42,743 bases of DNA from a bacterium (GCA_050239825.1 JBFXGO010000020.1:1-42743), one strand, 5' to 3'. Shown: positions 9,709-20,651, numbered from the stretch's first letter. Translations and numbers: made by a program. The notes: generated by a model not told the origin, from the sequence alone.

Positions 9709-11596
9709 ATATTTTTTTCTGCCATTTGAATAAAAGCTTCGACATGTCATTCTCTTTAAGATAGGCGCGCCACTCCTCGTCAGTCAATCTTTCAGACATA
9801 GGGTTCTTGAATTCAAAATATGACATGGCGCCACCCGTGAAATCTTCTCCTCTGTATGAGACATTCATGCAAAGAACCGGACCGACGCCCTCCTGAAGAA
9901 CCATCTCTGAATTAGAATCCGTGTGCACATCAGATACTATCTCTATGTTGTCCTCTCTCTCTGACTGATTCACAAGCAAAACTTTCAGAGCATTGTCCAT
10001 TGTGAGAAGAGCGCTTCTCAAACTGTCGGATTCATAGTAATAACCATTCTTCATTGTGATATCCGATATCTCGGAGTAAATCAGGCAGAGATTCGTAAAA
10101 GCATCTCCGGCCGCCTCTATGTAGCCGTCATTGAAGATTTGATTCAGATTATCGACAAGAAAGACAGCATCCTCTCTCATTATTTTATAGAGAGTGTTGT
10201 AGCTCTCTGCTATTATTTTTGTCTGTTTTGCCTCCTTTGGCGCCGCGCTGGTCACTTTTACCGTATATGACTGTTTCGCATAGAGTATCACATCGTGCCT
10301 GAGAGAAGCCCAACTTGCCAAAAGCGAATTTAGCTCCTTCAACTGGTACTTTTCATCAAGCATAAAAGAAGGAGAGGATTCTTTTCTTTCGCTTATGACA
10401 TTTTTATACTGAAGAAGCATCCTGTTGTAAAATGATTCTTTTGAAAGGTCTTTCGCCTTCTTTTTCATCAAAACGGAGTTTTCCGAATAATCTTCATACT
10501 GCGCATCACCCTCTGATTCAAGTATTTCATATGCCTTGCCGGATCCGAGAATATACATCAAATCCAAGCCGCGCGGCATAGCTCTGACAGAGCCGAAGAG
10601 CGTAAAGGGCTTGCCTTTTCCTTTGTATTCGGTGACTTTATCGTACACAAGGTTCTGAAAGACCTCTGAATCAAAAATGTACCTCTGCCCCATGAATCCG
10701 ACAACAACCGTCTTTGCTTCATTGTCCTTTTTATAGTCGGAGAGTATTTTAGAGTCCGACAATCTTGCCGCTGTTTCCTTCGCTTTCATCATCTTTCCTT
10801 TGTCGCATAGAAAATCATCATCGACAATCTCTCCGATCGAATCGGAGAGCTCCGTCAAACAAAGGTCATCCTCCTTTGGAAGCAGAACCGAAACAGCATT
10901 GTTGATTCTTTCGTAATGATATTTTGCCTTCGAAGAGCTTTTAAGCGTTGATGAAAGTATCAGGGCTGCCTTAAGTTCGTCGAATGTGTCTTGATTTTTA
11001 GTCTCTGTCGAGAATCTCATCCTCATCAGATACATCATGGCTTTGAAATATTTTTCAAGGTTCTTTGTTCTTGTATAATGTCCTCTGGGAATATATTGGG
11101 AGTAATCCTCTTTTTTTGAAAAGACCGGAGATTCATCAAATCCGGAGTGATTCTCGATTTTCATCAGTTCTTTTTCGACATTCCCCGCAATGGGCTTTAT
11201 GAGCGGGTAGTTGCTATCAAGGCACTTTTTTGACACAGAGAGATAAGATAGAGCCATCATATAAGAATCTTTCAAGGATTCCTTTTTCGATTCATTCATT
11301 CTTTTTTTGACGCCTTCAATTAAAATATCAAGCATAGCATCAAGTTCGACGCAGAGAAATTTTTCTTCAATGTAATAGAGAGAATAATCAAGAAGGAGGT
11401 GCTCCGCGTAAAACATCAAATCTTTTGTCATTAAAACTTTTTCATTGTTTTTAAGAAGATCCGAGTAGTATCCGATAAATGAAGTTTCATCCGTGAAAGA
11501 AAGCGTGAGCATCTCGGCTTTTGGTTTTTCCAGAGAAAAGGCTCCAACCGAGAGACAAATAAAAGCAAGAACAAGTGCCACGTTTATTTTCCTCAT
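9701..11596 (-). CDS. Exported DUF3160-family protein
   Basis: Signal peptide; YIPRGHYT, GQRYIFDS, WASLRHDVILYAKQSY, RLTDEEWR motifs; AGGAGG RBS. Confidence 0.8.
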   Translation of the reverse strand: MRKINVALVLAFICLSVGAFSLEKPKAEMLTLSFTDETSFIGYYSDLLKNNEKVLMTKDLMFYAEHLLLDYSLYYIEEKFLCVELDAMLDILIEGVKKRMNESKKESLKDSYMMALSYLSVSKKCLDSNYPLIKPIAGNVEKELMKIENHSGFDESPVFSKKEDYSQYIPRGHYTRTKNLEKYFKAMMYLMRMRFSTETKNQDTFDELKAALILSSTLKSSSKAKYHYERINNAVSVLLPKEDDLCLTELSDSIGEIVDDDFLCDKGKMMKAKETAARLSDSKILSDYKKDNEAKTVVVGFMGQRYIFDSEVFQNLVYDKVTEYKGKGKPFTLFGSVRAMPRGLDLMYILGSGKAYEILESEGDAQYEDYSENSVLMKKKAKDLSKESFYNRMLLQYKNVISERKESSPSFMLDEKYQLKELNSLLASWASLRHDVILYAKQSYTVKVTSAAPKEAKQTKIIAESYNTLYKIMREDAVFLVDNLNQIFNDGYIEAAGDAFTNLCLIYSEISDITMKNGYYYESDSLRSALLTMDNALKVLLVNQSEREDNIEIVSDVHTDSNSEMVLQEGVGPVLCMNVSYRGEDFTGGAMSYFEFKNPMSERLTDEEWRAYLKENDMSKLLFKWQKKIYD

Positions 11597-11734
11597 AATT
11601 CCTCCTATTTCAAGAGAACATTGACCTCTCTTCTAATTCTAACGGCGCATTAAGCAGAAGAAGAATTATTGAGGATGCAAAAATATGAACATTTATCTTC
11701 AAAGACATCTTCATATTCAAATCAATTCTTCTTC

Positions 11735-13312
11735 TTATTTGCTGTTTTCAGATGCTATTTTACTGTTCATCTGCGTCACATCCTGCGAATTTTTAAGGAT
11801 ATCAGAGGCTTTGCGGATAAGAGCATCATTGCTGACAAATATTGAATAGAAGAGGTTATCTCCGCCTATCTGTCTGGCAAATTCATACTTTAACTGGCTT
11901 ACATTGTCTCTGTATAAAATTGAATCCGAAATAATCGCTTCTGTTTTAATATTCAACTTAACGAGATAATCGAAATACCCTTTAATAATTGATTCGTTTA
12001 GAGTTGGAATATCTTTCTTGTCCATCTTGTTCTTTGAAAGGTATTCGGCGACAAAAGTCATCAGCGCCTGCTGTCTGTAGACTTCTATCTCCTCCTTCGT
12101 CAGGTATCTCTCCTGATAGACATAATCAGGGATAATCCCTCCGCCTCCCAAAAGTTCTCTTTTGAGTTCTCCCAATGACCAATATTTTGTTGTATCTTTG
12201 TCTGCTTTTTCAAATGCAATCAACTCCTTGTCAATGGACCTGCCGGATGGTGTAAAATAACGGGCCGTGGTGAATTTGAGTATGCCCATGTCATCCTTGT
12301 TCTGTTTTGAAAAATCAATAACTGACTGCACCGAACCCTTTCCGAAGGTGGTGTCACCCATGATTATTGCCCTGTCCCAGTCCTGCACTGCTCCTGCAAC
12401 AATTTCAGAAGCTGAAGCTGATCCTTCATCAACCAGAACAATGAGAGGGAAGAAACCATTGTACATCGGCTGAGTCGCTCTAAAAACCATCTCCATAGTT
12501 TTGTTCTTTGATTTTGTTGAAACTATGTCTGCTCCCTTAGGCAGGAAGAAGTTGGATATATTTATAGCCTGCGGCAAAAGCCCGCCCGGATTCTGCCTGA
12601 GGTCAAGAATCAGTTTTTTTGCTTTTTTCTCCTTGAAGAGCACATCAAGAGCAGTTTTGAACTCTTTGTCTATTTCATCCGTAAACTGCACAAGTTTTAT
12701 ATAACCGGTAGAGTCATCGACCATCCCATAGTATGGAATAGATTTAATTTTGATAATAGCCCTTGTTATGTCATAGTCTATCAATGAGCCGAATCTATTT
12801 ATTGTAAGCTTAACCTTGGTGCCGGGCTCTCCCCTCATCTTCTTGACTGCTTCGTCGACATCCATTCTTTCTGTGGAAACAGAATCAATCATGATTATTA
12901 CATCACCAGCCCTGATGCCTATTTTAGACGCAGGTGTATTCTCTATCGGTGAAATAACTGTAATGGCTCCATCCTTCGAACCGACCCTGAATCCGATTCC
13001 TCCGAATTCACCGGTCGTCTGAGAAGAGAAGGCGTCAATATCATTTTTATCATAAATATAAACAGAATGCGGGTCCAGAGTCTTCAGCATTCCGTTGATC
13101 GCCTCATCTATAAGCTCGCTGTCAGAAACATCCCTGTAGTATGATTCTTTGAGAAGATTCAAAGTTTGTACAAACTTTCTCATTTCGGGATTGAAAAATA
13201 TATTGACTGATGCATTGTTCTTCTCTTCAGCTCCATAAACAACCATGAACCAGCCTATTGCTGATATGGTCATTATCAGAACCAAAAGAAGTATAATTAT
13301 CTGTTTTTTCAT
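11735..13312 (-). CDS. Carboxy-terminal processing protease, S41 family (PDZ plus peptidase)
   Basis: LDPHS, GIG PDZ motif, LDLRQNPGG, SASASEIVAGAVQD, TFGKGSVQ. Confidence 0.95.
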   Translation of the reverse strand: MKKQIIILLLVLIMTISAIGWFMVVYGAEEKNNASVNIFFNPEMRKFVQTLNLLKESYYRDVSDSELIDEAINGMLKTLDPHSVYIYDKNDIDAFSSQTTGEFGGIGFRVGSKDGAITVISPIENTPASKIGIRAGDVIIMIDSVSTERMDVDEAVKKMRGEPGTKVKLTINRFGSLIDYDITRAIIKIKSIPYYGMVDDSTGYIKLVQFTDEIDKEFKTALDVLFKEKKAKKLILDLRQNPGGLLPQAINISNFFLPKGADIVSTKSKNKTMEMVFRATQPMYNGFFPLIVLVDEGSASASEIVAGAVQDWDRAIIMGDTTFGKGSVQSVIDFSKQNKDDMGILKFTTARYFTPSGRSIDKELIAFEKADKDTTKYWSLGELKRELLGGGGIIPDYVYQERYLTKEEIEVYRQQALMTFVAEYLSKNKMDKKDIPTLNESIIKGYFDYLVKLNIKTEAIISDSILYRDNVSQLKYEFARQIGGDNLFYSIFVSNDALIRKASDILKNSQDVTQMNSKIASENSK

Positions 13313-13321
13313 TATGGTCTC

Positions 13322-13930
13322 CTAAATGTAATTTAGAACAGTGGACACAATCTCTTTGTGAATCTCCTCTATCGAACGCATACCATCCATTATCTTCATT
13401 CTTTCTTTGTTTTCTCTTGCTATTGTGAGAAAGGAACCCCTTACTCTGTTGTGAAATTCAAGTGATTCCTTTTCGATTCTGTCTTTTGTCGTAAGCCTTG
13501 ACATGCCCACCTCAGCGGGAATGTCTATAAGAAATGTCAGCGCAGGAATCAAACCGCCTGTCGCGAAGCTGTTTATCTCTGCGATTTTTTGATTTGGAAT
13601 ATTTCTGCCCTCTCCCTGATACGCGAGTGTTGAGTCAAAATACCTGTCGGATATGACTATTTTGCCGCTCTTCAGAGCCGGCTTGATCTTTTCGGCAGTG
13701 TGCTGTGACCTGCTTGCAAAATATAAAAAAAGTTCCGTGAGAGAATCCATCTCATGATTCTTTTCATCTAAAAGTATATCCCGTATCTTCTCTGATATAG
13801 GCGTCCCGCCCGGTTCATGGGTCAGGACGCATTCTATATTTCTGCTGTTAAGAAAATCGTAGAGAAGATTCGCCTGCGTCGACTTTCCGCACCCTTCGAT
13901 TCCCTCGAAGGTGATGAATATTCCTTCCAT
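13322..13930 (-). CDS. tmk: Thymidylate kinase
   Basis: FITFEGIEGCGKST, EPGGT, SDRYFDSTLAYQG. Confidence 0.97.
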   Translation of the reverse strand: MEGIFITFEGIEGCGKSTQANLLYDFLNSRNIECVLTHEPGGTPISEKIRDILLDEKNHEMDSLTELFLYFASRSQHTAEKIKPALKSGKIVISDRYFDSTLAYQGEGRNIPNQKIAEINSFATGGLIPALTFLIDIPAEVGMSRLTTKDRIEKESLEFHNRVRGSFLTIARENKERMKIMDGMRSIEEIHKEIVSTVLNYI

Positions 13931-13931
13931 C

Positions 13932-15023
13932 TTATTTTTTGCTTAGTTTAGCAATGAACTCCTCTGTCTTCTTTCTGCATATTGAATCCGGATACTGAAC
14001 AGGAGGCGACTTCATAAAATATGAAGAAGGCTCAATCTGCGGACCGGATATCTTGTTATCAAGAGCCAGTTTCATGCACCTTATCGCGTCTATTATCACT
14101 CCTGCGGAATTCGGCGAATCCCACACTTCAAGCTTAAGTTCAAGATTGAGAGGCACATCTCCAAATGTAGTTCCTTCCATCCTGAGATAACACCATTTTC
14201 TGTCTTTCAGCCATGGAATGTAATCGGATGGTCCTATGTGTATGTTATCCGGTTCAATCCTGTATGGAAGAATCGAAGTGACTGCCTGCGTCTTGGATAT
14301 CTTTTTGCTTTCAAGACGCTCTCTTTCAAGCATGTTCATGAAATCCGTGTTTCCTCCCACATTCAGCTGATAGGTTCTGTCAAGACGGACTCCCCTGTCA
14401 ACAAAAAGCGATGTGAGGACTCTATGAGTTATTGTTGCTCCGACCTGCGATTTGATATCATCTCCGATTATCGGCAGGCCTGCGTCCCTGAATCTTTGTC
14501 CCCAGTAGTCCGATGTGGCTATGAAAACAGGAATCGCATTGATGAAGCCGACTTTCGCCTGAAGAGCCTGTTCCACATACCACTTTGTCGCCTCTTCACT
14601 GCCGACCGGAAGATAGTTGATGACCATGTCCGTGTTTGTATCCCTGAGAAGCTGAACTATGTCAGCTGTCTTGCCCGGCGCTTTTTCGATTATCTGAGAT
14701 AGATACTTTCCAAGCCCGTCATGTGTCATTCCGCGCTCTACCTTAACACCAGCCTTTGGTACATCAATGAATTTGTAAGTGTTGTTCGGATAAGCGTAGA
14801 TCGCCTCTGAAAGGTCTTTTCCGACCTTTGTCTTGTTGATGTCGATTGCGCATGAAAACTCAACATCGGATATGTGATATCCGCCGAGAGTTGTGTGCAT
14901 AAGACCCGGTATCATTTCGTCATTGCGCGCGTTTTTATAGAACTCAACACCCTGAACGAGCGATGATGCGCAATTGCCGACACCGATGATGCCGACTCTT
15001 ATCTTTTTACTCTTCTTTGCCAT
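13932..15023 (-). CDS. ino1: myo-inositol-1-phosphate (inositol-3-phosphate) synthase
   Basis: [47 protein letters not shown] motifs. Confidence 0.95.
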   Translation of the reverse strand: MAKKSKKIRVGIIGVGNCASSLVQGVEFYKNARNDEMIPGLMHTTLGGYHISDVEFSCAIDINKTKVGKDLSEAIYAYPNNTYKFIDVPKAGVKVERGMTHDGLGKYLSQIIEKAPGKTADIVQLLRDTNTDMVINYLPVGSEEATKWYVEQALQAKVGFINAIPVFIATSDYWGQRFRDAGLPIIGDDIKSQVGATITHRVLTSLFVDRGVRLDRTYQLNVGGNTDFMNMLERERLESKKISKTQAVTSILPYRIEPDNIHIGPSDYIPWLKDRKWCYLRMEGTTFGDVPLNLELKLEVWDSPNSAGVIIDAIRCMKLALDNKISGPQIEPSSYFMKSPPVQYPDSICRKKTEEFIAKLSKK

Positions 15024-15620
15024 TTACTTGACCTCCTTATTCATAATTGCAAATTTTACAATCACCATTCTTTGTATAACAGTTATAAATGTCAAAACAG
15101 TATATAATATTATCATATATTTGAAAATATTCAATGGGAAAAAGGATGCAACTATTAGAAAGACAACTCTCTCCACTCTGCCCATAAGTCCTTCGCTGCA
15201 TTTTATGTTTAAACCTTCTGCTCTTGCCCTCGTATAGCTTATCATCACAGAAAAGAAAATTGACGCAAATGTGAGATATGAGAAAAGATACATTCCCCAG
15301 GTGTTAAAAAAATAGCCGATGCCGAAAAGAACGGCAAATTCATTGAATCTGTCAATGGTTGAATCAAAGAAAGCGCCGAATAGAGTGACCTTGTTTGTCT
15401 GACGCGCTACCATGCCGTCAAACGTATCGTTTATGCCGGAGAGTACCAAAACAATCAGTCCGAGTATGAATTGCCCCTGAGAATAGAAGTACCCGGAGAT
15501 ACATGCTATCAAAAAGCCTGACAGAGTAAGCATATTCGGGTCTATTTTCATTTTTATGAAGAAAGAAACCAGAGGCTGTACTATTCTTCTGAATCCGTTT
15601 TTGATTCTGTCATTGAACAT
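15024..15620 (-). CDS. CDP-alcohol phosphatidyltransferase, probable phosphatidylinositol-phosphate synthase type
   Basis: PNMLT, DTFDGMVAR...GAFFDSTIDR family motif, SYTRARAEG, GRVER; abuts ino1. Confidence 0.85.
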   Translation of the reverse strand: MFNDRIKNGFRRIVQPLVSFFIKMKIDPNMLTLSGFLIACISGYFYSQGQFILGLIVLVLSGINDTFDGMVARQTNKVTLFGAFFDSTIDRFNEFAVLFGIGYFFNTWGMYLFSYLTFASIFFSVMISYTRARAEGLNIKCSEGLMGRVERVVFLIVASFFPLNIFKYMIILYTVLTFITVIQRMVIVKFAIMNKEVK

Positions 15621-16288
15621 TATTTATCTCCTTTTACAACCAGCACCATTTCGCCTTTTCTTATCCATTTTTTATCAAGCGCCTCGCGCGCAGTTCCGCG
15701 CACAAATTCTTCGAATGTTTTTGTAAGCTCTCTGGCCACTACAATACTCCTCTCAGGGTCTATCAGACAGATATCCTCCAGAGATTTATCTATTCTGTAA
15801 GGTGATTCAAAAAAAATGGCTGTCTCTTTTCTTGACATGGCCTCAAAGAGCTTCTCCCGCCTTTTTTTGTCCTTCTTGGGAAGGAAACCGTAAAATGTAA
15901 ATGAATCTGTGGGAAATCCCGCCCCCACAAGCGCAGTCATTACAGCCGATACTCCCGGAACAGGGACAATCTGAATGTTCGAAAGGGATGCCTGAGACAC
16001 CACATAGTAGCCCGGGTCAGACACCGACGGAGTCCCCGCATCCGAAATCAGCCCTGCGGACTCTCCGTGGCGTATTCTGTCAAGCACCCACGGCGTTTTT
16101 CTCCTCTCATTGAACTCATTGAGTGAAATCAGCTCTTTTTTCTCTATAGAATGTTTTTTTAGAAAAATTCCAGCCACACGGGTATCTTCACACAGGATGA
16201 ATGCGCATTCTTTAAACGCGTTTATGACTCTTGGGGATACATCATCGGGGTTCCCTATGTCCCTTGAAATAACAAAGAGCTTACTCAT
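15620..16288 (-). CDS. rsmI: 16S rRNA C1402 2'-O-methyltransferase
   Basis: IGN, CEDTR, SDAGTPSVSDPG, FYGFLP, FFESPYR, RELTKTFEE, KGE motifs. Confidence 0.95.
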   Translation of the reverse strand: MSKLFVISRDIGNPDDVSPRVINAFKECAFILCEDTRVAGIFLKKHSIEKKELISLNEFNERRKTPWVLDRIRHGESAGLISDAGTPSVSDPGYYVVSQASLSNIQIVPVPGVSAVMTALVGAGFPTDSFTFYGFLPKKDKKRREKLFEAMSRKETAIFFESPYRIDKSLEDICLIDPERSIVVARELTKTFEEFVRGTAREALDKKWIRKGEMVLVVKGDK

Positions 16289-17249
16289 CCTTGAACATTG
16301 AATAATTGTAATAGCCGAGAGATTTCAAAGCAAACCTAAAATCCTTCAAAGCCGAGCGGAATAACTTTTCCTTTACATCGTCTTTGCACACCATATCGTA
16401 AGTCTTCATAAATCTGTTTGTGAATTCGGCGAATGCCTTTACAAATTCATCCTTGGGCGCCATCGTGTCGCCCGCAAGTTCTATGTTGCTCAGAGTGAAA
16501 TCCTTCATAAATTTGTAATCATCATCTATATGAGTCTTTGCGAGAGATAATCCTTTCTTGGCGAAAGTGGGTCCGTAGGAGAGCGCAAATTCGCGGATAA
16601 TGGCATTCGTTGATTTTAACACAAGCTGTATCATTGCAGGAGTGGCCTGCTCTATCTTCTTCGGCAGTTCGTCGTAGAGAGAGAAAAGAACAGGGGTGCC
16701 GTCATTTGCCACCGCTTTTAAAACTGTAACAAGAAGCGACGGAGTCACCTGCACATTCAGCTTGTCAGCAAAGTATCCTCTTGTCGGTAGTCCGTTCTCA
16801 ATTATCGCATAGAACATCTCAGACCCTTTTTTTATTTCGAGGAAGCCGGTGAATTTTTCGATTCCAAGTTGTCCTATCATTTTTTCCGGCGACACCTCCC
16901 GAACAGATTTCAGCCTGAATACCGGATTTAGATGCATTGTTGAAATTATCATCAAAACAAGCTCTTCGGGAACTTCATAGATGTTAAGGATTCCCACGCT
17001 TGATTGCTTTACTTTATTTATGGCATCGGATATCGAGATGGAAGTTCTTTCAGCCGAACGAAATCTGGCGGCGTTTATCGGGTCTCCGAGAGAAAGAAAA
17101 ATAAAATCCACTTCCTGAGAGTAGATGATGGATATGTAACCGTGAATTTTATGCGACCTTTCCCTCTTTCCCGCATTAAGTATGTTGTCAAAATTCACAA
17201 AGTCTATGTTTGTATTCTCAAGTATAGCTCTGCCGCGCGGAAATCTCAT
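16281..17249 (-). CDS. Hypothetical protein with two similar N-terminal domains (PATAN/DUF4388-like by eye)
   Basis: 322 aa ORF overlapping glyS and rsmI ends; internal similarity IHGYISIIYSQEVDFIFLSLGDP versus FTGFLEIKKGSEMFYAIIENGLP. Confidence 0.75.
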   Translation of the reverse strand: MRFPRGRAILENTNIDFVNFDNILNAGKRERSHKIHGYISIIYSQEVDFIFLSLGDPINAARFRSAERTSISISDAINKVKQSSVGILNIYEVPEELVLMIISTMHLNPVFRLKSVREVSPEKMIGQLGIEKFTGFLEIKKGSEMFYAIIENGLPTRGYFADKLNVQVTPSLLVTVLKAVANDGTPVLFSLYDELPKKIEQATPAMIQLVLKSTNAIIREFALSYGPTFAKKGLSLAKTHIDDDYKFMKDFTLSNIELAGDTMAPKDEFVKAFAEFTNRFMKTYDMVCKDDVKEKLFRSALKDFRFALKSLGYYNYSMFKDE

Positions 17250-19315
17250 TTTTTATCCTCCGCGGTCAAATCCGATTCCAATACTATCTGAGAAAAGTCT
17301 CCGAATTTCAGGAATACTCGTCTGACGAAAAACAGCAGGCGGATTCTTCTCTGTCTGACTTCGGAATTTGGGTCCATTACCATTACATTGTCAAAAAAGT
17401 CGTCAATGGGTTTCCTTACGAAAAGAAGATTTTTGAGAGCCGCATCATAATCATGGCTTTCGAGAAGAGTTTCGTTGAGTTTGTCAGTTCTCTTCGCCGC
17501 TTCGTACAGACGCAGTTCAAACTCATTGTCATATGCCTCTGCGGCATTCTCTTCTTTTTCATTCTTGAGAATGTTGGTGACCCTCTTCAGACCGATTATG
17601 ATATCTTTAAAATCATCATTTGATTTGATTTCTTTTATAACTTTTGATTTTTTCAGAATATCGACTGGAATCAAAGTGTCGCCGTGAAGAGAGCACCTTG
17701 AAATATCGTATGTGATTTCATACGATGAGAAGAGAATTTCAATTCTTTTCTTTAGGTATTCCAGAATATCATTCTTTAGCTCAACTCTGTTGTACTCGTT
17801 GAGAGACAAGTTGAGGATTTCAGCTAAATCAATTTTGATCTGTTTCTGAGTCAGAAGATATATCAGTGCGAGGGAATCTCTTCTCACGGACATGGAATCC
17901 TTGCTTCCTGTGGGTTTATTGCCGGATACATAAGCTCCGCTTATATTGTCAATTTTATCAGCTATGGAGAATGCGCATCCCATAATGCTTTTAGGAAGTT
18001 CGCCTTCATTTGTCAAAGGAAGATAATGCTCTCTCGAGACATCGGCTATCTCTTCACTATAGCCCATAGCCCTTGCATAGTGTGCTCCGATGATTCCCTG
18101 CAGTTTTGTGAATTCCTTCCCGTCCTTTATCATTTCGGTTGCTATATCAAACTTTGACACAAGAGAGAGAAGTTCAAGGTCTTTCTCCTTCTCGTTCATT
18201 CTCTTCAGTATGAAAGATGCAAGATGTTTGTTCCTCTGTACCTTGTCATAGAATGTTCCAAGCTGTTCATGGAATACTGTCTTCTTTAGAGATTCTTCAT
18301 AATACTTCATGTCGTGAGATATGTCGTTTTTGTAATAGAACTCGGCATCCTCAAGACGCGATGTTATTATTCTCTGATTGTTGTTCACTATGTCATCAGG
18401 CTCCGCATACGGAGAGTTTGAGACAAATATGAAGTAAGGAGAAAGAGAGTTATCTGCATTTTTCAGGGAGAAGTATCTTTGATGCTGTTTGAGAGCGGCT
18501 ACTATTATCTCGGAAGGAAGATTCAGAAATCTTTCATCAAATTTTCCGCAAAATATCTCAGGATATTCGACAAGGTCTGTGACCTCATTTAGAAGTTCAT
18601 CATCCTCTATCAATGAGAGAGACATCTTTGAGGCGCACTTTTCAATCTCGTCAAGTATCATTTTCTTCCTTTTCTCAATGTCTATCTGAACATAATTGTC
18701 ATTCATCTTTTCAAAATAATCATACCCATTGAAAACAGTCACCTTCGAAGATGAGACGCTTCTGTTGCCGTATGTGTAGATATCCGATGATACTCCCGCA
18801 ATATCAACACGTATGGGAGAATTGTTTACAAATCCTGTCAACCACCTTATAGGACGGGGAAAAGAGAAGCCGCTCTTCTCCCACTTCATTGTTTTATCAA
18901 ATGAAATTGATGTTATGCATTTAATCAATGTTTCAGTGAAGACCTTTTCAAGAGGTTCTCCGCCGCTCTTCTTCATGTAGAACACAAAGCCGTCTCTCCT
19001 TGAGAGATTGTTTCTGTCTATATGCTTTGATTTGAGGAATCCCTCCCCCGCTTTCGTAAGTGAGTCTCCGTCAAAGAGAATCCTCTCCGCAGGGCCCTTA
19101 ACCTCATCTTCGGTTACATCGGAAGAGAGTTTCACATTTTCCATGAAAATAGTCAGCCGTCTGGGCGTCGAGAAAATCTGCAGGATGAAATCATTTTCTT
19201 TGAATTCCGGCGGGAAGGAAGAAAAGGTTTCATTGATTTTTTCACGAAGAAGTTTGTTCGCTTCAACCGGGAGCTCTTCAAACCCAAGCTCAAATAAAAG
19301 ATTATTCTTCGCCAT
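17246..19315 (-). CDS. glyS: Glycine-tRNA ligase beta subunit
   Basis: [52 protein letters not shown]. Confidence 0.96.
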   Translation of the reverse strand: MAKNNLLFELGFEELPVEANKLLREKINETFSSFPPEFKENDFILQIFSTPRRLTIFMENVKLSSDVTEDEVKGPAERILFDGDSLTKAGEGFLKSKHIDRNNLSRRDGFVFYMKKSGGEPLEKVFTETLIKCITSISFDKTMKWEKSGFSFPRPIRWLTGFVNNSPIRVDIAGVSSDIYTYGNRSVSSSKVTVFNGYDYFEKMNDNYVQIDIEKRKKMILDEIEKCASKMSLSLIEDDELLNEVTDLVEYPEIFCGKFDERFLNLPSEIIVAALKQHQRYFSLKNADNSLSPYFIFVSNSPYAEPDDIVNNNQRIITSRLEDAEFYYKNDISHDMKYYEESLKKTVFHEQLGTFYDKVQRNKHLASFILKRMNEKEKDLELLSLVSKFDIATEMIKDGKEFTKLQGIIGAHYARAMGYSEEIADVSREHYLPLTNEGELPKSIMGCAFSIADKIDNISGAYVSGNKPTGSKDSMSVRRDSLALIYLLTQKQIKIDLAEILNLSLNEYNRVELKNDILEYLKKRIEILFSSYEITYDISRCSLHGDTLIPVDILKKSKVIKEIKSNDDFKDIIIGLKRVTNILKNEKEENAAEAYDNEFELRLYEAAKRTDKLNETLLESHDYDAALKNLLFVRKPIDDFFDNVMVMDPNSEVRQRRIRLLFFVRRVFLKFGDFSQIVLESDLTAEDKK

Positions 19316-20153
19316 TTTTTCTTTCCATGTATTTTTTGGCGACTGCTCTTGCGAGATTTCTTATTCTTGTGATGTAGTTTGCTCTTTCTTTCTGCGAGAT
19401 AGCTCCCCTTGCATCAAGCAGGTTGAAAAAATGGGAGCATTTTATTACATAGTCGTATGCGGGATAGACAAGGTCTTCATTTAAGAGACGCTTTACCTCC
19501 TCCTCGCTTTTTTCAAATTGCATCATTATAAGGTCGGTATTGGCTGACTTGAAATTGAAATAGCAGAATTCCTTCTCTGATTCAAGCATCATATCGGTCC
19601 ATTTCTTTTCATCCGACCAGTCAATATCAAGAACTGAATTCTTTTTTTGTATGAACATTGCTATCCTTTCAAGCCCATAGGTAATTTCCGCTGGAATAAC
19701 CGTAAGAGGTATTGAGCCCACCTGCTGAAAATATGTAAACTGGGTTATCTCCATTCCGTCAAGCCACACTTCCCAGCCCAAGCCTTTTGCGCCGAGAGTC
19801 GGTGATTCCCAATCGTCTTCTACGAATCTGATGTCATGCTTCCTGATATCAATGCCTATGTATTCCAGACTCTTCATATAGAGCTCCTGAATGTTTTCCG
19901 GAGCCGGCTGCATGATAACTTGAAACTGATAGAATTGCTGAAACCTGTTTGGATTCTTCCCATACCTTCCATCTTTTGGGCGTTTGGAAACTTCCACATA
20001 AGCGGCATTCCACTTTTGATTATCTAAAACTCTTATGAATGTGGCAGGATTGAATGTTCCGGCACCCACCTCACTGTTGTAAGGCTGAAGGATGGAACAA
20101 TTTTTTGAACTCCAATATTCTGAAATCTTCAGAATAATATCCTGAAAATTCAT
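19302..20153 (-). CDS. glyQ: Glycine-tRNA ligase alpha subunit
   Basis: [38 protein letters not shown]; start moved to MNFQDII because the track ORF begins inside the tRNA. Confidence 0.97.
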   Translation of the reverse strand: MNFQDIILKISEYWSSKNCSILQPYNSEVGAGTFNPATFIRVLDNQKWNAAYVEVSKRPKDGRYGKNPNRFQQFYQFQVIMQPAPENIQELYMKSLEYIGIDIRKHDIRFVEDDWESPTLGAKGLGWEVWLDGMEITQFTYFQQVGSIPLTVIPAEITYGLERIAMFIQKKNSVLDIDWSDEKKWTDMMLESEKEFCYFNFKSANTDLIMMQFEKSEEEVKRLLNEDLVYPAYDYVIKCSHFFNLLDARGAISQKERANYITRIRNLARAVAKKYMERKNGEE

Positions 20154-20174
20154 CACTCTCCTTTTGTTAAAATA

Positions 20175-20250
20175 TCGGAGCGACTGGATTTGAACCAGCG
20201 ACCCCTTGCACCCCAAGCAAGTGCGCTAAACCGGGCTGCGCTACGCTCCG
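20175..20250 (-). tRNA. tRNA-Pro (anticodon GGG), CCA not encoded
   Basis: Cloverleaf: CGGAGCG/CGCTCCG acceptor, GCGC D-stem, CTTGC-TTGGGGT-GCAAG anticodon arm, GCTGG-TTCAAAT-CCAGT T-arm, discriminator A followed by TATT. Confidence 0.96.
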
Positions 20251-20269
20251 ATATTTATTAAGATTTATT

Positions 20270-20297
20270 ATTATATATATTATTTAATTTTTTGCAA
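20270..20297 (-). promoter_or_regulatory. Sigma70-type promoter for tRNA-Pro and glyQS
   Basis: Minus strand TTGCAA (20292-20297), 16-nt spacer, TATAAT (20270-20275). Confidence 0.7.
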
Positions 20298-20369
20298 TAG
20301 TAACATTTCTCTCTCTATGCCTTAGGCTTATATGCGAATGAGCGCTACACCTGCCAACAGCCCCACAAG

Positions 20370-20509
20370 TCAGCCTTGAGCCGTGAGCCTTGTGCCGTGA
20401 GCTTAATACGGGGAGCTGATTAAATGACTTGGCTTTACAGTTCCGAGGAAAAATTCCAGTGCATCTCCGCACTGCTATTCGATGTTTTTCCGAGGACAAG
20501 CAAGTCAAT
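20370..20509. repeat. Module A copy 1 (140 nt)
   Basis: Matches 21032-21171 except one base; heptamer run followed by nested inverted repeats TGACTTG/CAAGTCA, GGAAAAA/TTTTTCC, CAGTGC/GCACTG. Confidence 0.93.
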
Positions 20510-20510
20510 T

Positions 20511-20651
20511 CTTATTGAAAGTGAAAGCTCAAAGTCGGCGAGGACGCTCCGCGCAGACGCCCATCAAGTGGTTGTCCCCTTGCTACGCTATCCCATCTTG
20601 ATAAAGCGGCGAAGCGGAGTGTGCGAGCCGACGCTACGCCCGCGTGTAGCC
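20511..20651. repeat. Module B copy 1 (99-nt hairpin at 20534-20632)
   Basis: Nested stems GTCGGC/GCCGAC, CTCCGC/GCGGAG, CGCC/GGCG, ATCAAG/CTTGAT; trailing GCTAC/GTAGC hairpin. Confidence 0.93.

Noticed and set aside
20154..20216. N-terminal extensions in track ORFs (glyQ, also rpsH, rplE, rsmD, rfbB)
   Set aside because: Artefacts of choosing the most upstream start; downstream starts match family N-termini, and the glyQ extension lies partly inside the tRNA
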